Positions 18,161-27,605 of a stretch of DNA of 64,000 nucleotides are shown piece by piece; position 1 is the stretch's first letter; each line of letters begins with the position of its first letter. Origin of the DNA: Patescibacteria group bacterium (lineage in GTDB: Bacteria > Patescibacteriota > Patescibacteriia > Buchananbacterales > UBA6539). The notes beneath the pieces are model-generated. The model was not told the origin of the DNA, did no database searches, and saw only the letters and a program-made list of their open reading frames with translations. The translations under genes and the position numbers were made by a program. The stretch is taken from NCBI GenBank assembly GCA_041662625.1, contig JBAZSB010000001.1, positions 617,385 to 681,384 of the forward strand, written 5' to 3'.

Positions 18161-20293
18161 ATGAAACTTCGACTTTTTTCCAAAAAACCTATGGCAAAAA
18201 AACTTCAAACAATCACTAAAACCAAAATTAACCCCAAAGTCTTAGCCGGGGTTATTATTTTAGTTGGCTTAATCGGCTTATCTTTCATTGGAACATCGCT
18301 CTTAAGCACAGGCGTCACTTTAGTTAACTCCAATACTAATGTTAACGACAACTCTAAACCAAAAATTGACCTTTGCAAGGCTCATAACGGAACCAATGAT
18401 TTAATCGCTTGGTATAAATTAGATAGTGCTGTAGATAATGTTACCCAAGACTATTCGGGGAATAATTTTGGGGGCATTGCTTCAGGCACTCCGGCTTTCG
18501 CCCCAGGCATTCCTGGCCAAGGTTGTCAGTTTGATGGCATCAATGATTATATTGCCCTGACATTTAAATATTGCGGCGGCAAACACTTAATTAATGGTTT
18601 AACCACTTGTGCTTGGTTCAGCACAACGGAAAAAACTGGCGTCAATTTTGATAATTGGGCTTTTATTGATTTTGATCGCACTCAATACTTCAGTTTTTTT
18701 GTCACGCCAACTGGTAAAATTGGTTTTTCTACCCACTCAGCTTCCAATAATAATTCAACCAATGACTTTTACAGCACCGTTAATGAAGAAGCTCCCGCTT
18801 TAAATGATGGCCAAGTTCATTTCGCTTGTGCGGTTTATAACCAAGGGACTAAATTAATTTATATTGATGGTAAAAAAAATGCCCAAACCTATGCTCATGC
18901 TGGCAAACCATTAGAAGGTACGGCTGACCGCTGGGGCTTCATCGGTGATGGCTCCCAAGCCACGGGGGCGGATGGTCTGCGATATAATAAATATTTTAAA
19001 GGGATGATTAATGAGGTCAGACTTTACGAAAAAGCTTTATCGGAAGATGACGTCAGATCACTTTATAAAGAAGTAATGATACCTACCTTAGATCCTTCTG
19101 GCCAGGTTAATAATAAATGTTCAGTCAGTCCAATCGATTCTGCCCAATGTTATACGGCAATTGATAGCGCCTGCACCAGCCAAACCATAAAACCAAAAGA
19201 TAGTTGCATCGAAACCTTTATTAATATTTATTTGGGTGATGATGCCGCTGCTAATAATGTCGCCGCCCTTGATCCCGAAGGTATTGGCGCCCCCTGGCCG
19301 CCTTTAGGTGATGATTTAATAGTAAAATACTGTATTTCAAACTTAAATTATACTCGAGCTAACCGGCCACTTTGTAAAAAGAATTTAGGCGGACTAGACT
19401 CATCAATCTTTGAAATAACTAGTAATGTTACTTTAATCAATAGTGCCCTAGCTAATTTAGGCTTGGGAGGAGCCAAATCAGGTGGCGCTTGTAGCTATAG
19501 TAGCTGTAATGACTGCAAAAGTTTAGGAACAGCTCTAGCTCAGGCGGCAGCCAGTTGCTCAAGTGGCGGTAGTTGCCCCAGTGATAAGGTAAAAAGTAAT
19601 TGTTCTGGGGATAAATATGTACTTTGTACTTTTGATGGTGGTTGGAGTGAATCAATGAAACTATCTGATTGCCAAGCTAAAAACCCGATAATATATTGCC
19701 CAATAACCCCAACTTGTCCAAGCACTGAAAAGTGTGATTGTAATTGGTTAGACCCTACGTACATAAAAGCTTCGCGATTTAGTTGCGCTCCTATTTTTAA
19801 AAAAGAAAATACCCAGTGCGGAGCAGCAAATGTTGCCGGTTCGGATGAACTTGTATGTAAACTAGGCTATGCCTTATGTTTCTTACCATCAGGTATGAGT
19901 CTAGCATCGGGTGCTCATGCTGGCGGCAATGCAGTGGATATATATGTTAGCGGCACAACTGCTCAAGATAAAATTCATCTTGGCCGCCAATTTCTCTATA
20001 ATATTGGACCTTCTGTCACGACTGAATTTTTCAAAAAACTAAGGGCTTTAAGCGAATTAATGCCCTGCGAGATTAAAGGATTAGGCGCAATAACTCCAGC
20101 AGAAAGAGTTCCAATGGTTCATCTTGATGTCCGCCAAAATAGAGGCTGCGTTTTCTATAATGTCACTTCCAAAACAAATCCCGCTGCTTGGGCTGGCAAA
20201 TGCGTTGAGGGCAGCTATCCCGAACTATTTTACAAATTTCCGCCTCAATCTCAAATAGATGCTGAAATAAAAAGTTGCGGCAACTACTATTAG
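18161..20293 (+). CDS. LamG domain, Cys-rich region and C-terminal peptidase M15-like domain
   Basis: LIAWYKLD...FKGMINEVRLY; SGAHAGGNAVDI and VHLDVR zinc motifs. Confidence 0.75.
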   Translation: MKLRLFSKKPMAKKLQTITKTKINPKVLAGVIILVGLIGLSFIGTSLLSTGVTLVNSNTNVNDNSKPKIDLCKAHNGTNDLIAWYKLDSAVDNVTQDYSGNNFGGIASGTPAFAPGIPGQGCQFDGINDYIALTFKYCGGKHLINGLTTCAWFSTTEKTGVNFDNWAFIDFDRTQYFSFFVTPTGKIGFSTHSASNNNSTNDFYSTVNEEAPALNDGQVHFACAVYNQGTKLIYIDGKKNAQTYAHAGKPLEGTADRWGFIGDGSQATGADGLRYNKYFKGMINEVRLYEKALSEDDVRSLYKEVMIPTLDPSGQVNNKCSVSPIDSAQCYTAIDSACTSQTIKPKDSCIETFINIYLGDDAAANNVAALDPEGIGAPWPPLGDDLIVKYCISNLNYTRANRPLCKKNLGGLDSSIFEITSNVTLINSALANLGLGGAKSGGACSYSSCNDCKSLGTALAQAAASCSSGGSCPSDKVKSNCSGDKYVLCTFDGGWSESMKLSDCQAKNPIIYCPITPTCPSTEKCDCNWLDPTYIKASRFSCAPIFKKENTQCGAANVAGSDELVCKLGYALCFLPSGMSLASGAHAGGNAVDIYVSGTTAQDKIHLGRQFLYNIGPSVTTEFFKKLRALSELMPCEIKGLGAITPAERVPMVHLDVRQNRGCVFYNVTSKTNPAAWAGKCVEGSYPELFYKFPPQSQIDAEIKSCGNYY

Positions 20294-20375
20294 CATCTCA
20301 ATTAGCTCAATAAATAAATGAGACCCCTGCGCTTACTGAACTACTTCAGCGCAGGGGTCTTTTCGCCTGAGGAAC

Positions 20376-20882
20376 CTACGGGTTGATCACAACATCGTGC
20401 AACCACCCCGAAGTGATCATCCTTTGCAGCCCGGTGACAAGGGCTGCGCGGTTGGCCTTCAGTGGCCGGAATGAAACGACCGTATATTGGTCGAACATCC
20501 GGCCTGCCCAGACAATGCCATTGAACGAAAGCTCGTCCACGCGCATTGCTTGCCAACCGGTGCCAAGGGCTCTGACCTGATCGAGTTGGATGTCGTCCAA
20601 CCCGTTGTTAATCAGGAGATACACCCTGCCATTACTGGCAAAAGCATACCAGTAGCTCTCAGCGTCTTCGCCCATATTCGGCGTGACAACCATCTGACCG
20701 TGGGCGATCTCTTTGGCATCGGCGAGCTCGCGGGTGCCCTTCTCACACTGATGAACAAACATCTCTCCGCGGGAGATGTTGCTTTCGGAGTAGACGCTAG
20801 GAAACTGATCTTGCGTCAACTTCGTCGTTGTCTGACACCCTGCCAGACAAGTCAGTGCTACTAAAAGTGCTATCTGCTTCAT
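20376..20882 (-). CDS. GC-rich orphan lipoprotein
   Basis: MKQIALLVALTCLAGC lipobox; SD GAGGAG; promoter TTGACA-17-TATAAT (20979-20951); hairpin at 20321-20360. Confidence 0.72.
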   Translation of the reverse strand: MKQIALLVALTCLAGCQTTTKLTQDQFPSVYSESNISRGEMFVHQCEKGTRELADAKEIAHGQMVVTPNMGEDAESYWYAFASNGRVYLLINNGLDDIQLDQVRALGTGWQAMRVDELSFNGIVWAGRMFDQYTVVSFRPLKANRAALVTGLQRMITSGWLHDVVINP

Positions 20883-21094
20883 TTCTTGCTCCTCTAGCGG
20901 TTCAAAACCGCTTGTAGAATACAGTAATTCCGACAATTCCTGAATTTATCATTATACAATATTTTAAAAAATTTGTCAATATTAAAACAAAAAATACCCA
21001 ACAATTTAGCTTATTTTAGATATTTTTAATTAGTTACCAAAACCGCCCCGAACTAAGTTGTGGGGCGGTTTTTTTATAACTAGCTGATTAACTT

Positions 21095-21508
21095 CTAATG
21101 TAAAGGAGGGGTACTGGTTGGCGTAGTTGTGGTAATACAAGCCCCATTCTGACAGCCACTTAAACATTTGTAATAATTAACTGATCGCAATAAGCCAGCC
21201 GGATCACCTAATTTACCGCAATACCACTCCCGTAAAGTTCCTGGCCTTAAAGTTCCAGCGCCATTACAGACATCTCTCTCAACTCTAACATAGCCGGTAT
21301 TATAAATTACCGTCGTCGTCCCGACTTTAAAATAATTTTGCCCCGAGTCTGTTTCACTACATGATACTGGTACAAGGGTAACTCCGGCTAACCCGCCAGA
21401 AATCATACCATAACCGACAGCCACTACTGCACCAATTGCAACGACAGCTACAGTGGCAAAAACGACTTTGCTAGAAACTCGGGTTTTAGTTTGGGTTAAA
21501 ACTGCCAT
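21095..21508 (-). CDS. Small membrane-anchored Cys-containing surface protein
   Basis: TM segment; CSETDSG.NYF..G..., LREWYC, C.SGC.NGAC module. Confidence 0.75.
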   Translation of the reverse strand: MAVLTQTKTRVSSKVVFATVAVVAIGAVVAVGYGMISGGLAGVTLVPVSCSETDSGQNYFKVGTTTVIYNTGYVRVERDVCNGAGTLRPGTLREWYCGKLGDPAGLLRSVNYYKCLSGCQNGACITTTTPTSTPPLH

Positions 21509-21538
21509 AGTTTTAAAAAATAAATTAGTTCAAAATAT

Positions 21539-22549
21539 TTAAATCGCTTTATTTTCCAGCCATTCCTGCATTACTGTCTGAATATCAGCCACACCGACCT
21601 GAGGCCAAGCTGCTTGGTCACCATCAAGTTTTGGCTTTTCCCCCCGTTCTTTCGCCGCCAAGTGATCATCGATATTTTCAATGCTGACCTTAGAAGCGGC
21701 TTCATCCATTAAATCAATAGCCTTGTCGGGGAAAGACTTATTTTTGATATGTTGGGCTGACAAATGGACTGCTGCCAAAATGGCTTCATCCGTAATATTG
21801 ACTTTATGGAACTGTTCATACTTCCTTTTGATCCCACGTAAAATTTGGATGGTTTCTTTCGAATCGGGCTCATCGATTAAAATGGGATGAAGCCGCCTGT
21901 CCAGGGTAACATCTTTTTCAATAAATTCTTTGTATTCCTTAGCCGTGGTGGCACCAATTACTTGTAAATCACCACGCGCTAAAGCTGGCTTTAGAATATC
22001 ATCAGCATCAATTGAACCTTCGGCTCCCCCGGCTTCGGCTAAAGTATGAATTTCATCAATAAACAAAATAATATTGCGCTTAGCCGCGGTAATTTCATCA
22101 GCAACTTTTTTTAATCGCTGTTCAAACTCACCGCGATATTTCGTCCCGGCCACAATTGCTGGTAAATCTAAAGCTAAAACTTTTTTTCCCAGTAGAATAT
22201 CAGGAACTTTTTTATCAGTAATTGCCTGAGCCAACCCTTCGGCCACGGCAGTTTTACCCACCCCGGATTTTCCCACCAAAACCGGATTATTTTTCGTCCG
22301 CCGGCACAAAACCTGAATGACCCGCTCAATTTCTTCCTCCCGGCCAATCACCGGATCAAGTTTGCCTGCTGCTGCCATTTGAGTTAAGTCCCGAGAGTAT
22401 TGGGCTAAAGTTGGTGTTTCTTTGCCAAGATTAGATAAATTAGTGAAATTAAAACTACTTCTTTTCCAAATAAAAAATAAAGCCGCCAAAATTATAACGG
22501 CAATAATTAAAGAATAAATTGAGGAAAGATTAAAAATCGAAAATGTCAT
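21539..22549 (-). CDS. Clp/Hsp100-type single AAA+ (NBD1) protein with N-terminal TM helix
   Basis: [55 protein letters not shown]; no NBD2. Confidence 0.88.
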   Translation of the reverse strand: MTFSIFNLSSIYSLIIAVIILAALFFIWKRSSFNFTNLSNLGKETPTLAQYSRDLTQMAAAGKLDPVIGREEEIERVIQVLCRRTKNNPVLVGKSGVGKTAVAEGLAQAITDKKVPDILLGKKVLALDLPAIVAGTKYRGEFEQRLKKVADEITAAKRNIILFIDEIHTLAEAGGAEGSIDADDILKPALARGDLQVIGATTAKEYKEFIEKDVTLDRRLHPILIDEPDSKETIQILRGIKRKYEQFHKVNITDEAILAAVHLSAQHIKNKSFPDKAIDLMDEAASKVSIENIDDHLAAKERGEKPKLDGDQAAWPQVGVADIQTVMQEWLENKAI

Positions 22550-22638
22550 GATACCATCTTAAAATTTAATAATTGATTTTTGACCCTAAATCCTTTACAA
22601 TAATTATACTATAAAATATAAGATAAAACAACAAAATT

Positions 22639-24153
22639 GTGACTGAAGTCGAAAGCTTAATTAAAATTCTCAAAGAAGGCAACAAAGAAAATAATAAAAC
22701 GCCAATTTTTCCTCATTTCCGACGGAAAAATCCGGAGTATGATTTAGATTTGATCAGATTGGCTTATGATTACGCCCAAAAAGCTCATGAAGGCCAAACG
22801 CGCAAGTCCGGTGAACCTTATATCGAGCACCCTTTGGCCACAGCGACTAAATTGGCAGAAATGGGCATGGATCAGGCAACAATCATTGCCGGCTTGCTTC
22901 ATGATGTTCCGGAAGATACTAATTATAGTTTAGTTGATATCGAAAAAAACTTTGGCCCCGAAGTGGCCAAACTCGTAGGCGGCATCAGCAAATTGGGCAT
23001 CATTAAATATCGCGGAATTGAAAAATATGCTGAGAATTTAAGAAAAATGTTTGTTTCCATGGCTGAAGATATCCGCATCATTCTGATTAAGATGGCCGAC
23101 CGGCTCCATAACTTGAAAACTCTTGGGTCTCTACCAAAAGAAAAACAAAAAAGAATTGCCCAGGAAAGTTTGGAAATTTATGCCCCGATTGCCAATCGCC
23201 TCGGCATGGGCCAAATCAAGGGCGAGTTTGAAGACCTGGCCTTCCCCTATGTCTACCCGGAAAAATATGAATGGATGAAAAAAGAAATCTTACCTAAAAT
23301 TGAAGTCCGGATGGAATATATCCAAAAAGTAATCAAGGTGGTAAAAAAAGAATTGGAAATTCAGAAGATTAAAGTTATCTCCCTCCATGGTCGGGCTAAA
23401 CGGCTTTATAGTCTTTATCACAAACTGGCTAAACCTCACTACGATGGCGACGTTTCAAAAATTTATGACTTGGTCGCTTTAAGAATTATTGTCCCCACCA
23501 TTTCTGATTGCTATCAAGTGCTGGGGATTATTCATAAACTTTGGAAACCACTCCCCGGCCGGATCAAGGATTATATCGCCCAACCCAAACCCAATGGTTA
23601 CCAATCACTTCATTCAACTGTCTTTTGCCTTGACGGAAAAATTGTTGAGTTTCAAATTAGGACACCGGAAATGCATGAACAAGCCGAGTATGGTATCGCC
23701 GCCCACTGGCATTATAAAGAAACGGAAAAGGGACCAAAAAATTTAGGCGATAAAGGCCACACTTTACCTAAAAAATTCCAATGGGTCCAAGATCTGGTTA
23801 ATTGGCAAAAAGAGATTCAAGATAACCAACAATATTTACAATCGTTGGCCATTGATTTTTTCAAAAACCGGATTTTTGTCTTTACCCCCCAAGGCGATGT
23901 TATTGATCTGCCCGAAGAAGCCACCCCGGTTGATTTTGCTTACCATGTTCATACCTGGATTGGCGATCATTGTACGGGTGCCAAAGTCAATAATCAGATG
24001 GTCAGCTTGGAGGCTAAACTAAAAAACGGCGACGTCATTGAAATCATCACCGATAAAAATCGTAAAGGTCCCAGTCATGACTGGCTAAAATTTGCTAAAA
24101 CTTCGGCGGCTAAAGGTAAAATCAGGTCTGGGGCCGATAAAATAAAAAAATAA
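22639..24153 (+). CDS. relA: RelA/SpoT (p)ppGpp synthetase/hydrolase (HD, synthetase and TGS domains)
   Basis: RKSGEPYIEHP, LLHDVPED, KMADRLHN, KPNGYQSLH, EFQIRT, TPVDFAY. Confidence 0.95.
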   Translation: MTEVESLIKILKEGNKENNKTPIFPHFRRKNPEYDLDLIRLAYDYAQKAHEGQTRKSGEPYIEHPLATATKLAEMGMDQATIIAGLLHDVPEDTNYSLVDIEKNFGPEVAKLVGGISKLGIIKYRGIEKYAENLRKMFVSMAEDIRIILIKMADRLHNLKTLGSLPKEKQKRIAQESLEIYAPIANRLGMGQIKGEFEDLAFPYVYPEKYEWMKKEILPKIEVRMEYIQKVIKVVKKELEIQKIKVISLHGRAKRLYSLYHKLAKPHYDGDVSKIYDLVALRIIVPTISDCYQVLGIIHKLWKPLPGRIKDYIAQPKPNGYQSLHSTVFCLDGKIVEFQIRTPEMHEQAEYGIAAHWHYKETEKGPKNLGDKGHTLPKKFQWVQDLVNWQKEIQDNQQYLQSLAIDFFKNRIFVFTPQGDVIDLPEEATPVDFAYHVHTWIGDHCTGAKVNNQMVSLEAKLKNGDVIEIITDKNRKGPSHDWLKFAKTSAAKGKIRSGADKIKK

Positions 24154-24209
24154 GAAATTAAAAAATTAAATGCTTTTTGATTTCTTATTTTTTTATTTTC
24201 TTAATCTGG

Positions 24210-25073
24210 TTAACCTACAATTTTTCTGATAACCTCTTCCAACTCCTCACTGGAATAAAATTCAATAGTAATTGTTCCGGCTTCGCCGGATTTTTTAACT
24301 GTCACTTTAGTCCCTAATACCCCTTGTAATTTTTCTTCCAGATCAGTAATATTTGGATCTTTGGCCTGACGAAAATGCCGCTTAACCACGACTTTTCTGG
24401 CCTGACCTTCAACTGCCCGAACCGTTAGATCCTGCTTCAAAACTTTTTGAAAAAAATTCATCCTTTCCTGCGGCGGCAGACCGGCAATTATGCGGGCCGT
24501 ACTATAATTAATCTTCCCATTGATTAAGGCTTTCTGAATTTCACTAGACAAAGTCAATAAACGCAAAGTATTAGCTACGACCGAACGATTCTTACCCACT
24601 TTTTTGGCTACTTCCTCTTGGGTTAAATTAAATTCATCAATTAACCTTTGGAAAGCCACGGCTTCTTCAATTGAGTTTAAATCTTTACGCTGCAAATTTT
24701 CTACTAAGGCTAATTCCAGTTTTTGCTGTTCTTTGATATCGCGAATAATCGCCGGCACGGTTTTAAATTCTAAAAATTGAGCGGCCCGCAAACGACGTTC
24801 GCCCGCAATCACTTCGTAACCATCTGACGTGGCAGTTAAAATCAATGGCTGCAAAATCCCATGCTCTTTAAGGGAATTAATCAATTCTTCCATGCTCTCA
24901 TAACTAAAGTCAGAACGGGGTTGCTGAGGGTTAGCTTTAATTTTAGCGATTGGCACCCTCGCTATCATTTCCTCATCAGGTAAAACTTCGGAATCCTTAG
25001 AAATGATTTTTTTATCAATTTTTGGCGGGATTAAGGAGCTGAGTCCTTTGCCCAAGCCGGTCGTCTTTGACAT
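24210..25073 (-). CDS. parB: Chromosome partitioning protein ParB
   Basis: GLGKGLSSLI, NPQQPR, IAGERRLRA, LVENLQRKDL. Confidence 0.95.
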   Translation of the reverse strand: MSKTTGLGKGLSSLIPPKIDKKIISKDSEVLPDEEMIARVPIAKIKANPQQPRSDFSYESMEELINSLKEHGILQPLILTATSDGYEVIAGERRLRAAQFLEFKTVPAIIRDIKEQQKLELALVENLQRKDLNSIEEAVAFQRLIDEFNLTQEEVAKKVGKNRSVVANTLRLLTLSSEIQKALINGKINYSTARIIAGLPPQERMNFFQKVLKQDLTVRAVEGQARKVVVKRHFRQAKDPNITDLEEKLQGVLGTKVTVKKSGEAGTITIEFYSSEELEEVIRKIVG

Positions 25074-25178
25074 AATTTTGAATTTTTAATTTTGAATTTC
25101 GAATCAATTTCGAATATTAGAATATTAAATATTGAATTAAAATTCAAAATTCGAAATTATTTATTGATAAATTTGATT

Positions 25179-25949
25179 CTAAATTAGATTCTCTAAAGTA
25201 ATAATCTCTCTCGCTAAATCTTCATACGCCTTCCCACCAGCAGAGCGGGCATCGTACGATAAAATTGATTGGCCAAAACTGGGCGCTTCAGTCAACCGGA
25301 CATTACGCGGCACTACCGTGGAAAATAAGCGGTGCGGGAAATGCTGTTTTAACTCGTTCAAAACCTGGCCGGAAAGCTTGTTACGCTTATCATAAAGAGT
25401 GACGAGGGCACCTAAAATCTCCAGGTTTGGCTTTAAGTTTTCTTTCACTAAACTAATAGTATTTAATAATTGGCTCAAGCCCTCTAAAGCTAGATATTCG
25501 GCCTGGACTGGAATTAAAACTTCATCAGCCGCCACTAATCCATTTATCGTCAGTAAATCCAAAGAAGGCGGACAATCGATAATGATATAATCGTAATCAT
25601 TGGTTACTTCAAGCAAAGAATGATGCAGTTTAAACTCTCGGTCATCCAAATTTACCAGTTCCACCCTCGCCCCGGCTAAATCCGGTGTCGCCGGCGCGAT
25701 TTTATAGCCCTGATGATTAGTCCCTTTGATAATCTCCCGAAAAGAAACTGGCTCAATCAAGGCATGATAAACTCCTTTATCCAGCTGATTAGGATTAAGC
25801 CCTAAGCTTGAAGTGGCATTAGCCTGCGGATCAGCATCAACCAATAAAACAAACTTACCCAGCCAAGCCAGATAAGCACCTAAATTAATCGCTGTAGTTG
25901 TCTTGCCGACTCCTCCTTTTTGATTAACAATGGCGATTGTTCGTGACAT
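25179..25949 (-). CDS. parA: Chromosome partitioning ATPase ParA/Soj
   Basis: NQKGGVGKTTT, DADPQANAT, IDCPPSL, PVQAEYLALEG. Confidence 0.96.
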   Translation of the reverse strand: MSRTIAIVNQKGGVGKTTTAINLGAYLAWLGKFVLLVDADPQANATSSLGLNPNQLDKGVYHALIEPVSFREIIKGTNHQGYKIAPATPDLAGARVELVNLDDREFKLHHSLLEVTNDYDYIIIDCPPSLDLLTINGLVAADEVLIPVQAEYLALEGLSQLLNTISLVKENLKPNLEILGALVTLYDKRNKLSGQVLNELKQHFPHRLFSTVVPRNVRLTEAPSFGQSILSYDARSAGGKAYEDLAREIITLENLI

Positions 25950-25977
25950 ACCTTAATTATAATAAAAAAATTCATCT

Positions 25978-26006
25978 TTGACAATTAAAGATTTTTTTAT
26001 TATACT
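25978..26006 (+). promoter_or_regulatory. Sigma70 promoter of tRNA-Leu
   Basis: TTGACA-17-TATACT. Confidence 0.75.
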
Positions 26007-26022
26007 AAAATTTGAGTTATTA

Positions 26023-26106
26023 GCCCGGGTGGCGGAATTGGTAGACGCGCACGACTCAAAATCGTGTGGACTTCGGTCCATGAGAGTTCGATTCTCTCCT
26101 CGGGCA
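26023..26106 (+). tRNA. tRNA-Leu(CAA)
   Basis: GCCCGGG acceptor stem, CACGA-CTCAAAA-TCGTG, long variable arm, TTCGATT. Confidence 0.95.
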
Positions 26107-26173
26107 TAAATTGACACCTTTGACACCTAGCGAAAAATGGATTATCATAAGGAAGTTAATTACTTATATTCGA

Positions 26174-26248
26174 CGCGGGATAGAGCAGTAGCAGCTCGCC
26201 AGGCCCATAACCTGGAGGTCGGGGGTGCAAATCCCCCTCCCGCAACCA
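26174..26248 (+). tRNA. tRNA-fMet(CAT), initiator type
   Basis: C1:A72 mismatch, CCAGG-CCCATAA-CCTGG, CCA end; promoter TTGACA-17-TATCAT at 26120-26148. Confidence 0.88.
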
Positions 26249-26275
26249 AGAAGTATTTTAGATAATTCAATGAGA

Positions 26276-26404
26276 CCAGGCCCATAACCTGGAGGTCGGG
26301 GGTGTCCCGACGCACATTATTTGTAATATTAATAAAGAAGTCGGGATCCCGATGATATTTAGAAATAAATTAAGGAATCGGGACAAATCCCCCTCCCGCA
26401 ACCA
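26276..26404 (+). pseudogene. Duplicated 3' part of tRNA-fMet with two TCCCGA..TCGGGA hairpin inserts in the T-loop
   Basis: Matches the anticodon arm to CCA of the intact gene except for the insert at 26305-26383. Confidence 0.85.
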
Positions 26405-26405
26405 A

Positions 26406-26482
26406 GGCGAGGTAGCTCAGTTGGTTAGAGCGAAGGAATCATAACCCTTAGGTCGTGGGTTCGACTCCCACCCTCGCTACCA
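26406..26482 (+). tRNA. tRNA-Met(CAT), probably elongator
   Basis: GGCGAGG acceptor stem, loop ATCATAA, TTCGACT, CCA. Confidence 0.88.
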
Positions 26483-26600
26483 AATTTAGTTAATTTTAGC
26501 AAAAATCCCTCCAGACAGGGGTTTTTTATTGCTTGATAAAAAATTTTCTGTTAAAATTAAAGATATAGACTAATAATTATTTTAGAGTGAAAAATTATTT

Positions 26601-27074
26601 ATGATTCTAACTGTTCATGCTGCCGCCGGGGTGTTAATTGGCAGTTTTATCAACCAGTCACCAATCGCTTTTTTGGTAGGCTTCGTTTCCCATTCTTTTC
26701 TCGATATGCTCCCCCATGATGATAGTGACATCCATTCCAAAGGCCACACCGTCAAATCATTAAAAAAATTATACTTTAATAAAATTATCGGCCTGATTTA
26801 TCTTGATGTCTGCCTGGCAATAATTGTGGCAGCGGCTTTGTTTACCAATAATGCCCATTTTATCACCCGGCCAATTATTTGGGGGATCATCGGCTCGATT
26901 CTACCGGATGTTTTGCAGGCGCTTAGCTTTTTGCAGCCCAAAAATCGGGTTTTGAAAAAATTTAATGGATTTCATAGCCTTATTCATTATTCTCCCAAAA
27001 ACCCTATCTCTTTAGTTATGGGCCATACTATTCAAATAGTTACGTTAATAATCCTAATTAATCCACTGATATAG
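26601..27074 (+). CDS. Membrane protein, putative metal-dependent hydrolase-like
   Basis: LTVH, SH.FLD.LPH.D, LPD, FH.LIH. Confidence 0.7.
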   Translation: MILTVHAAAGVLIGSFINQSPIAFLVGFVSHSFLDMLPHDDSDIHSKGHTVKSLKKLYFNKIIGLIYLDVCLAIIVAAALFTNNAHFITRPIIWGIIGSILPDVLQALSFLQPKNRVLKKFNGFHSLIHYSPKNPISLVMGHTIQIVTLIILINPLI

Positions 27075-27134
27075 TTAATATAAATTAGTTAATAAATTAA
27101 GCCGTTAAATTTAACGGCTTTAATTAATTAAGCA

Positions 27135-27605
27135 ATGTTTCTCACAGTTCATGCGACACTTGGCACTATAATTGGGGAGTATACCGGCAACATCGGCCTG
27201 GCTTTTGCGGCGGGATTTGTTTCCCATTTTATTTTAGATATGATCCCCCACGGTGATCAAGATCTAATGACTAGAGAAAAATCAAACCTCGCAAAACAAG
27301 ATCTGGTTTTGACTGCCAAAATCGCTTCGGCTGATGGTCTGGTAATGATAATTTTTTTGGCCATACTCTATTGGCAACATATTATCCCTTTAACCCTACC
27401 AGTTTTAGCCGGCATTATTGGGAGTATCGCACCTGATTTTATCAATGGTTTTTATTTGCTGACTAAACATCCTTGGCTAAAAAAATATTCTTATTACCAT
27501 TTTGCCCTTCACGATTTTATAAAAATCCGGCTTTCAATTACTACCGGATTTATCTGCCAATTATTAATTGTAATCCTTCTAACTATAGCTTTAATAATTT
27601 TCTAA
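27135..27605 (+). CDS. Paralog of the preceding membrane protein
   Basis: LTVH, SHFILDMIPHGD, APD, YHFALH. Confidence 0.7.
   Translation: MFLTVHATLGTIIGEYTGNIGLAFAAGFVSHFILDMIPHGDQDLMTREKSNLAKQDLVLTAKIASADGLVMIIFLAILYWQHIIPLTLPVLAGIIGSIAPDFINGFYLLTKHPWLKKYSYYHFALHDFIKIRLSITTGFICQLLIVILLTIALIIF

Noticed and set aside
26170-26482. CRISPR-like repeat/spacer look of the tRNA duplicates (also 41183-41723)
   Set aside because: The repeats are tRNA fragments with irregular spacing, and no cas genes are present
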